Positions 37,239-48,218 of a stretch of DNA of 64,000 bases are shown in pieces. The DNA comes from Candidatus Bathyarchaeota archaeon. GTDB lineage: Archaea > Thermoproteota > Bathyarchaeia > 40CM-2-53-6. Position numbers and translations under genes: made by a program. The stretch is from NCBI GenBank assembly GCA_963726255.1, contig CAVSBL010000002.1, positions 2,080,001-2,144,000 on the forward strand. Reading direction: 5' to 3'. Position 1 is the stretch's first letter, and every line of letters starts with the position of its first letter. The notes beneath the pieces were generated by a model. The model was not told the origin of the DNA. It was given only the letters and a program-made list of their open reading frames with translations, and searched no databases.

Positions 37239-39569
37239 CTACTTCTTGGCTTCTCGCGCCATCTTGTAAGCTGCCAATACCCTGTCCGGTAAAGTTGGTA
37301 TTTCGTAAAGCCTAACGCCTAGCGCATTATCAATCGCGTTCACAATAGCTGGGGCCGGTAGAACTATCGGTGGTTCCCCTATCGCTTTCGCGCCGTACGG
37401 GCCTAACGGTCCCGGGTATTCTATAATCATCGTTTTGATTTCAGGGATATCGAGTGATGTGGGTATGTAGTAATCTGCAAGGTTGGGGTTGACGACGATA
37501 CCGTCTTTGTGGACTAGGTCTTCCATTATCGCGTAACCCAGTCCTTGCACGGTGCCCCCTTCGATTTGGCCTATGAGGGACAGCGGGTTGATGGCTTTGC
37601 CAATATCATACGCCGCGACCATTCTCTCAACCTGCACCTTGCCAGTCTCAGTGTCAACCTCCACTTCAGCCGTGACCGCCCCGTACGTGTATTGCAAGTA
37701 TGTCGTGCCTTGGCTTGTTTCAGGGTCGTATTCGCATTTGGGTGCGGTGAATGTTCCAGCCTCCTTCAGCTGGACGCTGTGCTTGTAGGCGTATTCAATC
37801 AATTCGTGGTAAGTGACGGAGCGTTGGGTTTTCGATTTCTGGTAATATTTTGCGTCGGCTGATTCAACTTCCTTGGCGGCGCAATCTAACATTTCCGCCG
37901 CGACCTCGATTAGCTTCTGGTTTAGCGTGCCGGCTACCATCTGGGTGGCGCGGCCACCGATGGTAATCGTTCGCGAAGCAACTGTCGGGCCAGTGTCCTT
38001 GCAGAAATCTGTGTCGGGTGCTTCGAGCCTGAAGTAGTCTACGGGGAGGTGCATGGTTTCCGCTGCGATCTGCATGAGGCCGGATAGTGCTCCAGTTCCG
38101 TATTCCGTGAGTCCCGTCCTAAACCTAACCAGTCCGTCTCGGTCGATTTGCATGTGAACTGCTGCGTAGTCGTTTCCTTCTGGTCCTAGACTGTTTCCGT
38201 GGTAGATGATGGCGATGCCTAGGCCTCGCCGTTTGGTTCCAGTTATGTTAGCGAACTCTTTGCGCTTGCGGTACCAGTCCGATTCCTTTACCGACTTGCT
38301 AATGCATTCTTCAAGCCCGCATGCTTCGTCGACGACTTGGCTCGTAGCCGTCAAGCTTCCAGGTCTCAAGATGTTCAGGAGGCGGAAGTCTACTGGGTCC
38401 ATGGCGAGTTTCTTTGCAATCTCGTCTACGAGTGACTCAGCCGCGAAGTGCGCTTGCGGTCCTCCGAAGCCTCTGAAGGAGCCGGCCATGGTGTTGTTCG
38501 TGTAGACGCAGTAGGCGTCGGTTTTCACATTCGGGATAACGTACGGGCCTGTCGCATGGAAGCATGCACGGATGACTACGAGTGGGCCTAGGGAGGCGTA
38601 TGCTCCTGTGTCCGCGAGCATGGTAGTTTCCCAAGCCGTGAACTTCCCATTCTTATCCACGCCCGCCTTCAATGTCGTGACGAAGGGGTGGCGTTTTGTG
38701 TGCCCAATCATGGATTCTTCTCGCGTGTAAGCTAGCGCCGCGGGTTTTCGGGTTTTTATGGCTACTAAGGCGGCCATGCCTAAGACGTCGACTGGTATCT
38801 CATCGGATTTTGGTCCGAAGGCGCCGCCCGTAACGGCTTGGATGACGCGAACTTGTTCGGGCCGCAGCGAGAGTATCTTGGCTATGCCTGTTTGGACGTG
38901 GAAGGGGCTCTGGATCGAGCCGACGCAGGTTACTGACCCATCGGGTTCTGGAACGACGAAGCCAGCTTCGGGTTCTAGCGGGACGGGTTCTTGGAATTGG
39001 CTCTTGTAAGTGCGTTCAACGATCAGGTTCGCCCGTTTGAAGCCTTCCTCCGCATTGCCCTTTCGCAATTTCATGTGCTTGGCAATGTTTCCGTTCTTGT
39101 GAATTTTCGGCGCGTCTGGTTTAATGGCATCTACGGGAGAGAAGACTGCTGGAAGGGGTTCGTATTCCACCTTCACCAGGTCAACTGCTTCTTCAGCAAC
39201 GGACGGATCGTAGGAGGCGATGGCTGCGATTGGTTCCCCGGCAAAGCGCACCCTGTCTGTTGCGAACAGTGGCTTGTCGGGGAGCAGGGCGGTCGATTCG
39301 TTAATGCCTGGTATATCATGTGCTGTGACAACTCCGGCAACGCCCGGATACTTCCGGGCCTCCGTAACGTCCACCATTTTCAGGAGTGCATGCGGGACGC
39401 TTGACCTGACGACTTTCAAGTAGAGGGCGTTTTCTGGGACGATGTCCATTGTGTAGATTGGTTTCCCAAGCACTTTATCAACGGAGTCGAGTCGTTGGAT
39501 GCTTTTGCCCACAACTAGTAGTTGCCTGCTCCTGGTAAGTTTCTCTACTGCCGCGTGGTCATCGACCAT
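37239..39569 (-). CDS. Xanthine dehydrogenase family molybdopterin-binding subunit
   Basis: GGAFG, SFRGFGGPQ, GQIEGG, GAKAIGEP. Confidence 0.93.
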   Translation of the reverse strand: MVDDHAAVEKLTRSRQLLVVGKSIQRLDSVDKVLGKPIYTMDIVPENALYLKVVRSSVPHALLKMVDVTEARKYPGVAGVVTAHDIPGINESTALLPDKPLFATDRVRFAGEPIAAIASYDPSVAEEAVDLVKVEYEPLPAVFSPVDAIKPDAPKIHKNGNIAKHMKLRKGNAEEGFKRANLIVERTYKSQFQEPVPLEPEAGFVVPEPDGSVTCVGSIQSPFHVQTGIAKILSLRPEQVRVIQAVTGGAFGPKSDEIPVDVLGMAALVAIKTRKPAALAYTREESMIGHTKRHPFVTTLKAGVDKNGKFTAWETTMLADTGAYASLGPLVVIRACFHATGPYVIPNVKTDAYCVYTNNTMAGSFRGFGGPQAHFAAESLVDEIAKKLAMDPVDFRLLNILRPGSLTATSQVVDEACGLEECISKSVKESDWYRKRKEFANITGTKRRGLGIAIIYHGNSLGPEGNDYAAVHMQIDRDGLVRFRTGLTEYGTGALSGLMQIAAETMHLPVDYFRLEAPDTDFCKDTGPTVASRTITIGGRATQMVAGTLNQKLIEVAAEMLDCAAKEVESADAKYYQKSKTQRSVTYHELIEYAYKHSVQLKEAGTFTAPKCEYDPETSQGTTYLQYTYGAVTAEVEVDTETGKVQVERMVAAYDIGKAINPLSLIGQIEGGTVQGLGYAIMEDLVHKDGIVVNPNLADYYIPTSLDIPEIKTMIIEYPGPLGPYGAKAIGEPPIVLPAPAIVNAIDNALGVRLYEIPTLPDRVLAAYKMAREAKK

Positions 39570-39575
39570 TAGCTC

Positions 39576-40034
39576 TTACCCCTTCATTTCCTCGGCCGCC
39601 GCTTGCACCGCCTCAAAGATTTTCAAGTAGCCTGTGCAGCGGCATAGAATTCCACTCGTCGCTCTCCTGATCTGATCCTGGGTAGGGTTCGGGTTCTTGT
39701 CGAGAAGGTTCTTTGCGGCCAAAATCATGGCCGGGATGCAATATCCACACTGAGAGGCGTTCCATTCCATGAATGCTCGTTGTACCGGATGTAGTTTCTC
39801 GGCAGTTCCAATTCCTTCAATGGTCTCGATGCTCTTGTTCCTGGCCTGTATGGCAAAAATCAAACACGAGTTAACAAGCTTCCCATCCATCAGCACGCCA
39901 CAAATGCCACAGTCACCAGTGCTGCAACCTTCCTTGGTTCCCTTCAACCCCAACCTGTTCCGAAGGACATCCAATAATCGTTCGTGTGATTCCACGACCA
40001 GAGCATAGTCTTTGCCGTTGACTGTGAATTTCAA
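39576..40034 (-). CDS. Xanthine dehydrogenase family 2Fe-2S subunit
   Basis: GCSTGDCGIC, QCGYCIP, LCRCTGY. Confidence 0.95.
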   Translation of the reverse strand: MKFTVNGKDYALVVESHERLLDVLRNRLGLKGTKEGCSTGDCGICGVLMDGKLVNSCLIFAIQARNKSIETIEGIGTAEKLHPVQRAFMEWNASQCGYCIPAMILAAKNLLDKNPNPTQDQIRRATSGILCRCTGYLKIFEAVQAAAEEMKG

Positions 40035-40041
40035 CAGATGC

Positions 40042-40929
40042 TTAGCCAGAGTTGTTCTCTCCTAGCAATGTGTTCGTGCTTCTGCCCAGGGCTCGTCTGA
40101 ACAGCACACATGCGACATCCGTGCGGTAGTCCCCTGAAACTCTAAAGTCCGAACTGAGCTTCAACTCACTCCTCAACGCAGAGACCGCGCCCTCGACCGC
40201 TTCAGCACTCAACACTCGTCCGCGTAGCTTTTCTTCGGTTCTTCTTGCCCGTTCAGGTATCTTTCCGCCCACCCGATTGAAAGCGATTCGAATCTCCTCG
40301 ACGAGTCTAGTCTCACTCTTCGCCTTGAGGTATACAGCGCAGTTGACAAACGCTATGATTAGTGAATTCCTCATCCCGATCTTTTCGAATGCGCATGCAG
40401 AGTGTTCATCGAGTGCCTTGAACATGGTCTCAACGAGAATTTCGTTTGGTCTTAGGTCGCTTGCCCGTTTGCCCTTCAGAAAATCCTCAAGCCGCATCAC
40501 GCGTTCTCCATTTGTGCTGCGCACGCGAACTTGGGCGTCAAGAACGAGGAGTACGGGTAAGAGGTCTTCAGAGGATGAGGCAGCGCAGATGTTGCCGCCT
40601 ACGGTTGCCACGTTAATTATCGCCGGTCCACCGAACTTCGCGGCAACTTCACGGAAAACCTCATGTCGTAAGTCTATGACGGGGGAATCGCTAAGGTCAG
40701 AGATTGTTGTGAGTGCTCCAATCCTGATTGCGTTTCCCTCTTTTTTCACGTAATTGAATTCCTTTAAGCCGGAAAGGTCGACCAGCGTTTTGGGGTTGAT
40801 CTGTCGGCGTTGAATTCGGCTGATAAGGTCGCTTCCGTTCGCTATCAAGTGGACTCCGGACTGGTGGGTGTCTAAGTAGTGGAGTAGGTCGGGTAGGTCC
40901 TCTGGGACGTACATGTCAAACCTGCGCAC
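40042..40929 (-). CDS. Xanthine dehydrogenase family FAD-binding subunit
   Basis: IANGSDL, IGALTT, ATVGGNI, SDFRVSGDYR. Confidence 0.93.
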   Translation of the reverse strand: MRRFDMYVPEDLPDLLHYLDTHQSGVHLIANGSDLISRIQRRQINPKTLVDLSGLKEFNYVKKEGNAIRIGALTTISDLSDSPVIDLRHEVFREVAAKFGGPAIINVATVGGNICAASSSEDLLPVLLVLDAQVRVRSTNGERVMRLEDFLKGKRASDLRPNEILVETMFKALDEHSACAFEKIGMRNSLIIAFVNCAVYLKAKSETRLVEEIRIAFNRVGGKIPERARRTEEKLRGRVLSAEAVEGAVSALRSELKLSSDFRVSGDYRTDVACVLFRRALGRSTNTLLGENNSG

Positions 40930-40937
40930 CTACTCCT

Positions 40938-41213
40938 TCACCCACCTGCTGCTGCTGGAACCAATAACACTAGGTCGCCGTCATTTAGCTTCTGGGAAAG
41001 GTTAGGCGGATTTTGAACCATGTTGTTAACATAGAACAGCAAGTACCCTCGAACTTGCCCTTGAGAGTCGAAGATTAGGTCCTTCACGGCCTCGCTCCTG
41101 TGGATGAGCGTCTGAAGCACCTCGTTTAGGGTGTTAGCTTCGAGCTCGAGTTCACTCTCCCCAACGCTCGAACGGAGTTCATGGAATAGTCTAACTCTGA
41201 CTCTCGCTCGCAA
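40938..41213 (-). CDS. MoaD/SAMP ubiquitin-like sulfur carrier
   Basis: Beta-grasp pattern ending LNDGDLVLLVPAAAGG; TTG at 41213 taken as the start. Confidence 0.85.
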   Translation of the reverse strand: MRARVRVRLFHELRSSVGESELELEANTLNEVLQTLIHRSEAVKDLIFDSQGQVRGYLLFYVNNMVQNPPNLSQKLNDGDLVLLVPAAAGG

Positions 41214-43518
41214 AATCTCCGAGTCCCTTTTTCTCTCTAATGGCCTTGTAGACTCGTTCGGGCGTTGCAGGTAGTGTGAAAACACGTGCGCCGGTTGCGT
41301 CGTACAAGGCGTTGGCCACAACTGAACCCACGGGAATTATGCCGATTTCCCCAAGGCCCTTTGCCCCAAACGGTCCGATCTTCTCGTAGGTTTCTACTGG
41401 GTCCACTTCAATTTCTGGTATGTCGCAGATGGTCGGGATGATGTATGTGGTGAAGTTGTTCGTCCTTACCATGCCGTTTTCGATTTGCGTATCCTCAGTC
41501 AGCGCGAAGCCCAGCCCTTGGACTATTGCACCTTCACATTGTCCTGTGTAGGATTGTGGGTTGATGATCTTTCCCGAATCGGTTGAAAGGAAGAATTTGA
41601 GTACCTTCGTCGCACCGGTCAAGGTGTTTACTTCTACTAACGCTACTGCGCTGGCGTACATGTATGACCAGTGTGGGATCTCTAAGCTGCCTTTGACTGG
41701 TTTGTCGACCCGTGGGACATTGAATCCGGCTACGACCTTCGTCTCAAAGCCTGTTCGATGCATGTATTGAGCGATTTCTGCGTACGTGGCGGACTTCTTC
41801 GGGTTCTTTATCGAAACGACATGCGATCCTTTGAACCTTAGCTCTTCTTTGCGTTCGCCGAATATTTTGGCTGCGGTCTCCAGTAGCAAGTCATTCATTT
41901 TCGGTGCTGCTGCAAGGATGGCGTTGCTTCCCCGAACCAAGGCCATGGAAGCTGATGATGAGCCAGTGTCCGGGGCCAACAGCGTATCTGCTGAAGCAAT
42001 GTAGACGTCGCTAATGTCACAGTGTAGCGTTTCAGCTGCAATCTGAGAGTATGCGGTAACCGCTCCTTGCCCAATCTCCGGGCAGCTAATTCCAACAACG
42101 AACTTACCTGTCGGCGTGATCTGGATCGACGCAGCGCCAAAATCCGGCAACGCACCGAAACCAAAACCCTTGACGGCAGTGGTGACTGCGATGCCTCTTT
42201 TGCACCAGGGAGCGGACGGGGTTGATTTGTGCCGTTCCCTGTTTCTCCATACATCGGAACGCTCAGCTTTCTGGAGTGTTTCGTAAATTCCAATGCTTCC
42301 GAGTAGCTTGTAACCGAATGGCCCGATGTCGCCCTCGCGGAGAACGTTCTTCTTACGAATTTCGAGTCGGTCCATTCCAAGTTTTTCTGCAATGACGTCC
42401 AAGTTCGATTCTACCGCAAAGTTGACTTGTGGCGCGCCGAAACCGCGAAACGCTCCGGCGACGCCGTTGTTCGTGTAAACCAGGTAAGCGTCTATGTCGA
42501 TGTTCGGTATCCGGTATGGGCCGCAAGAGTTTTCGATCGCAACGTCTAACACGGTTGGGCCCAGTGACGCGTAGGCGCCGGTATCTGCAATTACTCGCAC
42601 TTGGTTGGCGACGATTCGGCCGCCTCTGTCGGCTGCAGTTTTCATAGTGACGGTCATTGGGTGTCGTTTGATGCCGGTAACTCCCGACTCTTCCCTAGTC
42701 CAGACCATCTTCACGGGGCGTTTTGTTTTCAACGCAAGCATCGCGAGGTGAATTTGGACCGTGTTCTCCTCTTTTCCGCCGAAAGCGCCGCCGACTGGTG
42801 TCGAAATGACTCTGACTTGTTCAGGCTTAATGCCGAGCGCCCTCGACACTTGCATTTGGTCTCTGTAGGGCGATTGCCCTCCTACGTAGAGGACAATGTT
42901 TCCTTTCTCATCGAGTATGCCGACGCCGGCTTCAATCTCGAGGAACATGTGCATCTGGCGGCCGGTTTGGTAAGTGTTCTCGACAACTACGGCGGCTTCG
43001 CGGAACGCTTTTTCAACATCGCCGACGCGCACCGTTGCGTGTCTTTGTATGTTGCCTTTCTCGTGGACTTTCGGCGCATCTGGCTTCATGGCTTCGAACG
43101 GGTCGGAAACGACGGGCAGTGGTTCATACTCAACCTCGACCAGTTGTGCTGCCCTTTCTGCTGCTTCCAAGGTTTCTGCAGCTATGACGGCGATTGCGTC
43201 TCCAAGGTACCTTACCTTGTCGTGGCAAAGGACGGGTTGGTCGGGTACGATGATGCCGAATCCGTTGACGCCGGGGACATCCTTGTGGGTGAGAACAGTC
43301 ACAACGCCTGGAATAGCCTCAGCCTTCTTTGTGTTGATTCCCTTGATCCGTGCGTGGGGATACCTACTTCGGGCGGCTTTAGCAAAGAGCATGTTCGGGA
43401 ATGACATGTCCGAAAAGAATTTTGTTTCCCCGGTGACTTTGCGTGCACCATCTTTTCGAGCGACTGATTTTCCAACCCACTCGAGCTTTTGCGTGCCAAC
43501 TGCTGCGGTTTCCGTCAC
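41191..43518 (-). CDS. Xanthine dehydrogenase family molybdopterin-binding subunit (PucD/XdhD-like)
   Basis: GGAFGGKE, AFRGFGAPQ, GQCEGA, GAKGLGE. Confidence 0.93.
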   Translation of the reverse strand: MTETAAVGTQKLEWVGKSVARKDGARKVTGETKFFSDMSFPNMLFAKAARSRYPHARIKGINTKKAEAIPGVVTVLTHKDVPGVNGFGIIVPDQPVLCHDKVRYLGDAIAVIAAETLEAAERAAQLVEVEYEPLPVVSDPFEAMKPDAPKVHEKGNIQRHATVRVGDVEKAFREAAVVVENTYQTGRQMHMFLEIEAGVGILDEKGNIVLYVGGQSPYRDQMQVSRALGIKPEQVRVISTPVGGAFGGKEENTVQIHLAMLALKTKRPVKMVWTREESGVTGIKRHPMTVTMKTAADRGGRIVANQVRVIADTGAYASLGPTVLDVAIENSCGPYRIPNIDIDAYLVYTNNGVAGAFRGFGAPQVNFAVESNLDVIAEKLGMDRLEIRKKNVLREGDIGPFGYKLLGSIGIYETLQKAERSDVWRNRERHKSTPSAPWCKRGIAVTTAVKGFGFGALPDFGAASIQITPTGKFVVGISCPEIGQGAVTAYSQIAAETLHCDISDVYIASADTLLAPDTGSSSASMALVRGSNAILAAAPKMNDLLLETAAKIFGERKEELRFKGSHVVSIKNPKKSATYAEIAQYMHRTGFETKVVAGFNVPRVDKPVKGSLEIPHWSYMYASAVALVEVNTLTGATKVLKFFLSTDSGKIINPQSYTGQCEGAIVQGLGFALTEDTQIENGMVRTNNFTTYIIPTICDIPEIEVDPVETYEKIGPFGAKGLGEIGIIPVGSVVANALYDATGARVFTLPATPERVYKAIREKKGLGDFASESQS

Positions 43519-43523
43519 TGCAG

Positions 43524-43793
43524 TTAACCTCCTGCTATTGGCGGAACAACTAGGATTTCATCGCCGTCTTTGAGTTTCGTTGATGGTTTGAGCCTAATGC
43601 CTTCTCGTACGATGTATAGGTAGTCTCTGTCCTTGACTGGTATGGATTTGAGCAAATCTTCGGTCGTCGCTTCCTCACATAACTCAAGCATCAGTTCATT
43701 GCTCTCAAGTGCGAGCATGGGCGCGCCGAAGATTTTGACTCGAACACGGACAGGATTACCCACCGGCTTTCCTCCTTCCGTGCAACGCTTCAT
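43524..43793 (-). CDS. MoaD/ThiS ubiquitin-like sulfur carrier
   Basis: Ends LKDGDEILVVPPIAGG; the start may be about 9 codons downstream. Confidence 0.88.
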   Translation of the reverse strand: MKRCTEGGKPVGNPVRVRVKIFGAPMLALESNELMLELCEEATTEDLLKSIPVKDRDYLYIVREGIRLKPSTKLKDGDEILVVPPIAGG

Positions 43794-44640
43794 AGAGCGC
43801 CTGGTAAACTAATGAAACAACCATATTCTTCCTATACTCTGCCGAACCACGAATATCATCTATCGGCGTCGCATCTTCAGCGGCGAACGTTGCGGCTTCC
43901 CGCAGGATCTTCTCATTCAACGGCTTATGCTCCAATGCCTTCTCGCTTTTGCGAGCGCGTGTTATTACTGGGGTAACGGCCCCTAACGCGACTCTAGCTT
44001 CAGTAAATGAGTCATTGGCGCTTCTGTCTCGAAGTACGGCAGCCACGTCAACGATCGAAATTGCATTTGCTTCCCTAAGGCCGAGTTTTAGGTAGGCTCC
44101 GCGGTCATTCGAATTCATTGGTTTGAAGTGGACTTCTTCAATCAGCTCGTCAGGCCTCAATGCGGTCTTTCTGTAGGAGACGAAGAATTGTTCGATGGGT
44201 GTTTCGCGTCGGCCGGCTTTGCTTCTGATAACGACATAAGCATCCAGAGCGTATAATGGGGGGAGGGAGTCTCCTGCCGGTGAAGCATTCCCAAGGTTTC
44301 CACCTAACGTCGCTGTGTTCTGGAGTTGAACCGCACCAATCTGCTTGGCCGCGGAAACAAGAACCCAAGCATGTTCCCTCATCAGCTGGGAATTAGTGAT
44401 GTCGCTGTACGTTGTTAGGGAACCTATGTGAAGCTGATCGTCCTTTTCCCGGATGTATCTCAGTTCCTTCAGACATAGTATGTTCAGAAGTCTTTCGGCT
44501 TTCATGGCGCCGTCTCGGAGTTGCACAACTACGTCTGATCCGCCAGCAACAATTCTGAGCCCTGCTTGCCTTTGCTGAAGTATACTGAGTGCTTCATCTA
44601 ACGTCTGTGGAGTCAGTACATCAATTTCAGATCGCATCAT
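43756..44640 (-). CDS. Xanthine dehydrogenase family FAD-binding subunit
   Basis: AGGSDV, ATLGGNLGNASPAGD, DDIRGSAEYR. Confidence 0.94.
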   Translation of the reverse strand: MMRSEIDVLTPQTLDEALSILQQRQAGLRIVAGGSDVVVQLRDGAMKAERLLNILCLKELRYIREKDDQLHIGSLTTYSDITNSQLMREHAWVLVSAAKQIGAVQLQNTATLGGNLGNASPAGDSLPPLYALDAYVVIRSKAGRRETPIEQFFVSYRKTALRPDELIEEVHFKPMNSNDRGAYLKLGLREANAISIVDVAAVLRDRSANDSFTEARVALGAVTPVITRARKSEKALEHKPLNEKILREAATFAAEDATPIDDIRGSAEYRKNMVVSLVYQALYEALHGRRKAGG

Positions 44641-44644
44641 GAGC

Positions 44645-45121
44645 TCAATGGCTCCAATTCTTTGCGGCTTCCTGAACGGCGGCGATTATCTTAGTGTAGC
44701 CAGTGCATCTGCATAAGTTACCTGAGAGGGCGGTGCGGATTTCTTCGACAGAGGGCTTCTGGTTACGCATTAGGAGTGCTGAGGCTGAGACGATCATGCC
44801 CGGAATACAATGGCCGCACTGGACGGCTCCTTCCTTGAGAAAAGCTTCCTGAACGGGGTTCAATCTCCCGTCCTTCAACAGTCCTTCTGACGTAATGATC
44901 TCAGAGCCCTGCGCCTGTGAAACCAGCACGAGGCAAGAACAGACGGGTTGGCCGTTCATCAATACTGTGCAGGCGCCGCATTCGCCCTTGGCGCAATCTT
45001 CCTTTGGTCCCGTTACGTGAAGCTGCTCGCGGAGGACTTCAAGCAAGGTGTAGGCAGGGGGGGTGTTCACCGTTACCTGTTGCCCGTTGAGCTTGAAACT
45101 AACAGCACGTTCAATACGCAT
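44645..45121 (-). CDS. Xanthine dehydrogenase family 2Fe-2S subunit
   Basis: CAKGECGACTV, QCGHCIPG, NLCRCTGY. Confidence 0.95.
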   Translation of the reverse strand: MRIERAVSFKLNGQQVTVNTPPAYTLLEVLREQLHVTGPKEDCAKGECGACTVLMNGQPVCSCLVLVSQAQGSEIITSEGLLKDGRLNPVQEAFLKEGAVQCGHCIPGMIVSASALLMRNQKPSVEEIRTALSGNLCRCTGYTKIIAAVQEAAKNWSH

Positions 45122-45384
45122 TCAACCTGACACCTCTGCCCTTGCACCGGATGAAGTCCGAGTAATCGCGACCCCTGAAAGAGTTCCGATAGCCCATTCT
45201 TAACCGTTCATGAGTTATGGTGCGGGACAGACATGTTCACGTAGAAACACCGTACTCTAGAGTGTACTTCGAAAGTCAGGTTCAAGACGAGACCACTCAT
45301 CCCGTATCGATTGTACCTCGAGAGTGAAATCAGAAGTTTCACATATGCAATGCTATTCTTCAACGAGGGGGTATTATTCGAACC

Positions 45385-46383
45385 ATGAAACGGGTGGCAC
45401 TCTACCTTCAAGACAAGCATCAGGTTCGCGAGGAAATGAAGCTCGCGCAATACGCTGAGCAGAAACGCTTCGAGGCTGTGTGGCATGCTGAATCTCGCCT
45501 CGCCCGCGACGCCTTCACGCCCTTAGCCGCGATGGCAGCGGTCACGGAGAGAATCAAGCTAGGCACAGGCGTCATCAATAACTGGACTCGAAACGTTGCA
45601 CTGACCGCCGCTTCTTTTCTAACGCTCGATGAATTATCGAACGGCCGCTTCTTACTCGGGATCGGTGCCTGGTGGGACCCGCTCGCTTGGAAGGTTGGAA
45701 TAGAGCGGAAGAAGCCGCTGAAAGCCATGCGTGAGTACGTCACAGTTCTCCAACGTCTATTCAAAATGGAGAACGTCACCTTTGAAGGCGAATTCGTGAA
45801 CGTTCGGGACATACGGTTAGATGTCGTCTACGGCGACCCTTCGACTCCGCGCAAAATTCCCATCTACATTGGGGCAACCGGCTGGGAGATGATTGAGTTG
45901 ACCGGGGAAATAGCAGACGGCCTGCTTCTGAATTATCTCGTATCTCCTGAGTACAACCGCAAAGCCTTGGAACATCTGAGGGAGGGCGCAAAGAAAGCAA
46001 AGAGGAAGTGGGAGGACATCGATAGACCTCAGCTTGTGGTGTGTTCGTTGGACGAAGATGCTGACAGAGCGCTTGACAGTGCACGTCCCTTGGTAGCGCA
46101 ATATCTAGGGCAGCAGCCTCACATCGCAAAGGCCAGCGGAGTAAAGGATTCCTTGATTGAAGAAGTGAAGACGGCACTAGGAGGGTGGCCCGCAAAACCA
46201 GGAGGCTTGGAGAAAGCGAAAGCACTGATAGATGACAAACTCGTCCAACTAATCACGGCCAGCGGGACCGCTAACGATTGCATGAAGAAAGTTGAGGAAT
46301 ACAATAAGACGGGCTGCACATGCCCTGTACTCTACCCGCTCGCGGACGATGTTGAAGCTATGATTGACGCGTTCGAACCCTAG
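45385..46383 (+). CDS. LLM-class Mer-like (probably F420-dependent) oxidoreductase
   Basis: [39 protein letters not shown]. Confidence 0.88.
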   Translation: MKRVALYLQDKHQVREEMKLAQYAEQKRFEAVWHAESRLARDAFTPLAAMAAVTERIKLGTGVINNWTRNVALTAASFLTLDELSNGRFLLGIGAWWDPLAWKVGIERKKPLKAMREYVTVLQRLFKMENVTFEGEFVNVRDIRLDVVYGDPSTPRKIPIYIGATGWEMIELTGEIADGLLLNYLVSPEYNRKALEHLREGAKKAKRKWEDIDRPQLVVCSLDEDADRALDSARPLVAQYLGQQPHIAKASGVKDSLIEEVKTALGGWPAKPGGLEKAKALIDDKLVQLITASGTANDCMKKVEEYNKTGCTCPVLYPLADDVEAMIDAFEP

Positions 46384-46409
46384 TTCGACAGTAAGACGTG
46401 AGTTTCGGT

Positions 46410-48218
46410 TTACTCGATGATTGGGTTCACGAATTTGAAATTTACAGTGTCGAGTAGTCCCTTATCGGTGATTCTGAGTTCCGGGATTACGGAGAGTGTC
46501 GTGAACGCGAGCGTTATGTAAGGGGAAGGAAGCGTGCTGCCGAGTTTGCTCCAAGCATCCTTGAGCGCGTAGACCTGCTCCGAGACGACCTCCACTGATT
46601 TGTCTGACATGAGGCCTGCGATGGGAAGCGGTACCTGGGCTATCACTTTCCGATCCTTCACTGCAACCATTCCCCCACTGCTTTCGATCACTGCGTTAGC
46701 CGCAAAGATCATGTCGGGTTCATTTGCCCCTGCGACGACGAGGTTGTGGCAATCATGTCCCACTGTGGACGCGACTGCTCCCTCCTTGACTTCTAGGCCT
46801 TTGACGAAGCCGAGACCTACGTTACCAGAGGCCTTATGACGTTCAAAGACGGCTATCTTTAGGACGTCGTCGTCGGGGTTGGCTGAGGCTTTCCCATCCT
46901 TTGTTGGTACATCCTCCTCCAAATTGCGTGTGTAAATGCTATTTGGCATGACGCCAATCGCCCGAACCTTTACCGTACCGTTGGCCGCCTTCGTTCGAAT
47001 CATTACGTCGTCTATTGTCGGCCGCGTTTTGATTCGGATGGAGTTTTTCACGGAATCAGGGAAATTCGGCCGGGGGAATATTGAAACTAATTTGCCGTTT
47101 TGGTAGACAACTCTTCCGTCAGCTATTACTGTGCTTACGGCTACTTTGTTCAAGTCATCAAGGATTGCCATATCCGCATGGCGTGCGGGGGCTATGCTCC
47201 CAAGTTCTCTAGCGCACTCATAATGCTCGGCGACGTTCAGGGTGGCCATCTGTATTGCTTCGACGGGGTCGACGCCTTCTTGGATTGCTCGTCTCACAAC
47301 GTGGTCAACGTGGCCCTCCTCCCGAAGTGAATTGGGCTCACGGTCGTCGGTTACCAAGCAGACATGTCGCGAGTCCAATTTGTCCTCGGTAACTGATTGT
47401 ATGGTGTCAGCTACATCTCGAGACGCTGATGCCTCTCTGAGCATAGCGTAGATGCCATAGCGTAGTTTCTGGATTGCCTCAATTTTCTTTGTTGATTCGT
47501 GGCAGGAGGTTATCCCCGCAGCCGCGTAGGCCGCCAATTCTCTTCCCAATAAATTCACAGCGTGGCCTTCTACAACGCGCCCCGCACGAAGGGTGGCGGC
47601 TATTTCCCCGTGGACCTGTAGGTCGCCCGCGAGCACGGCCGGATAATTCATCATCTCCCCCAAAGCCACAACGCCTTCCCAACCTAATGCTTCCTCGACC
47701 TCTTTGGGCCCAATCGTGGCGCCATTAGTTTCGAAACCAGGTGCCGCGGGGACGCAGGAGGGGAACGTAACAAGAACTTTGAGTGGCAGGCCATGAGCTT
47801 CTGTGAGGAAGAACCGAACGCCCTCTAAGCCAAGGACATTCGCAATTTCATGCGGGTCGATGAACACCGTTGTTGTCCCATGGGGCATCACCGTCTTTGC
47901 AAACTCGGTGGCTGTGACCATTGCGCTCTCGATGTGGACGTGGCCGTCAATTAATCCAGGGATTACATGTCTTCCCTCAGCATCGATTACCTTGGTAGAA
48001 GTGCCAATCGTGGCCTGCGCGTTTCCTACCAGTGCTATGCGGTCGTCCCTCACTGCGATATCCTGATTCTCAAGGATTTCTCCCGAATTGACATTCACTA
48101 ATGAAGAATTTCGTATGACCAGGTCAGCCTTCTCGCGCCCCATCGCCACGTCTACGAGTTCCCTTGTCACGTCTGCGAGGCGAGTCCGTCCTGGAACATT
48201 GAACAATGCGCCGTCCAC
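46410..48218 (-). CDS. ade: Adenine deaminase
   Basis: DGHVHIES, DPHEIANVLG, LGEMMN, CHES, TDDR, HDCHN. Confidence 0.95.
   Translation of the reverse strand: MDGALFNVPGRTRLADVTRELVDVAMGREKADLVIRNSSLVNVNSGEILENQDIAVRDDRIALVGNAQATIGTSTKVIDAEGRHVIPGLIDGHVHIESAMVTATEFAKTVMPHGTTTVFIDPHEIANVLGLEGVRFFLTEAHGLPLKVLVTFPSCVPAAPGFETNGATIGPKEVEEALGWEGVVALGEMMNYPAVLAGDLQVHGEIAATLRAGRVVEGHAVNLLGRELAAYAAAGITSCHESTKKIEAIQKLRYGIYAMLREASASRDVADTIQSVTEDKLDSRHVCLVTDDREPNSLREEGHVDHVVRRAIQEGVDPVEAIQMATLNVAEHYECARELGSIAPARHADMAILDDLNKVAVSTVIADGRVVYQNGKLVSIFPRPNFPDSVKNSIRIKTRPTIDDVMIRTKAANGTVKVRAIGVMPNSIYTRNLEEDVPTKDGKASANPDDDVLKIAVFERHKASGNVGLGFVKGLEVKEGAVASTVGHDCHNLVVAGANEPDMIFAANAVIESSGGMVAVKDRKVIAQVPLPIAGLMSDKSVEVVSEQVYALKDAWSKLGSTLPSPYITLAFTTLSVIPELRITDKGLLDTVNFKFVNPIIE

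Noticed and set aside
36485-43573. Long plus-strand ORFs (for example 36485..37180, 42601..43404, 42974..43573)
   Set aside because: Antisense shadows of well-conserved xdh genes.
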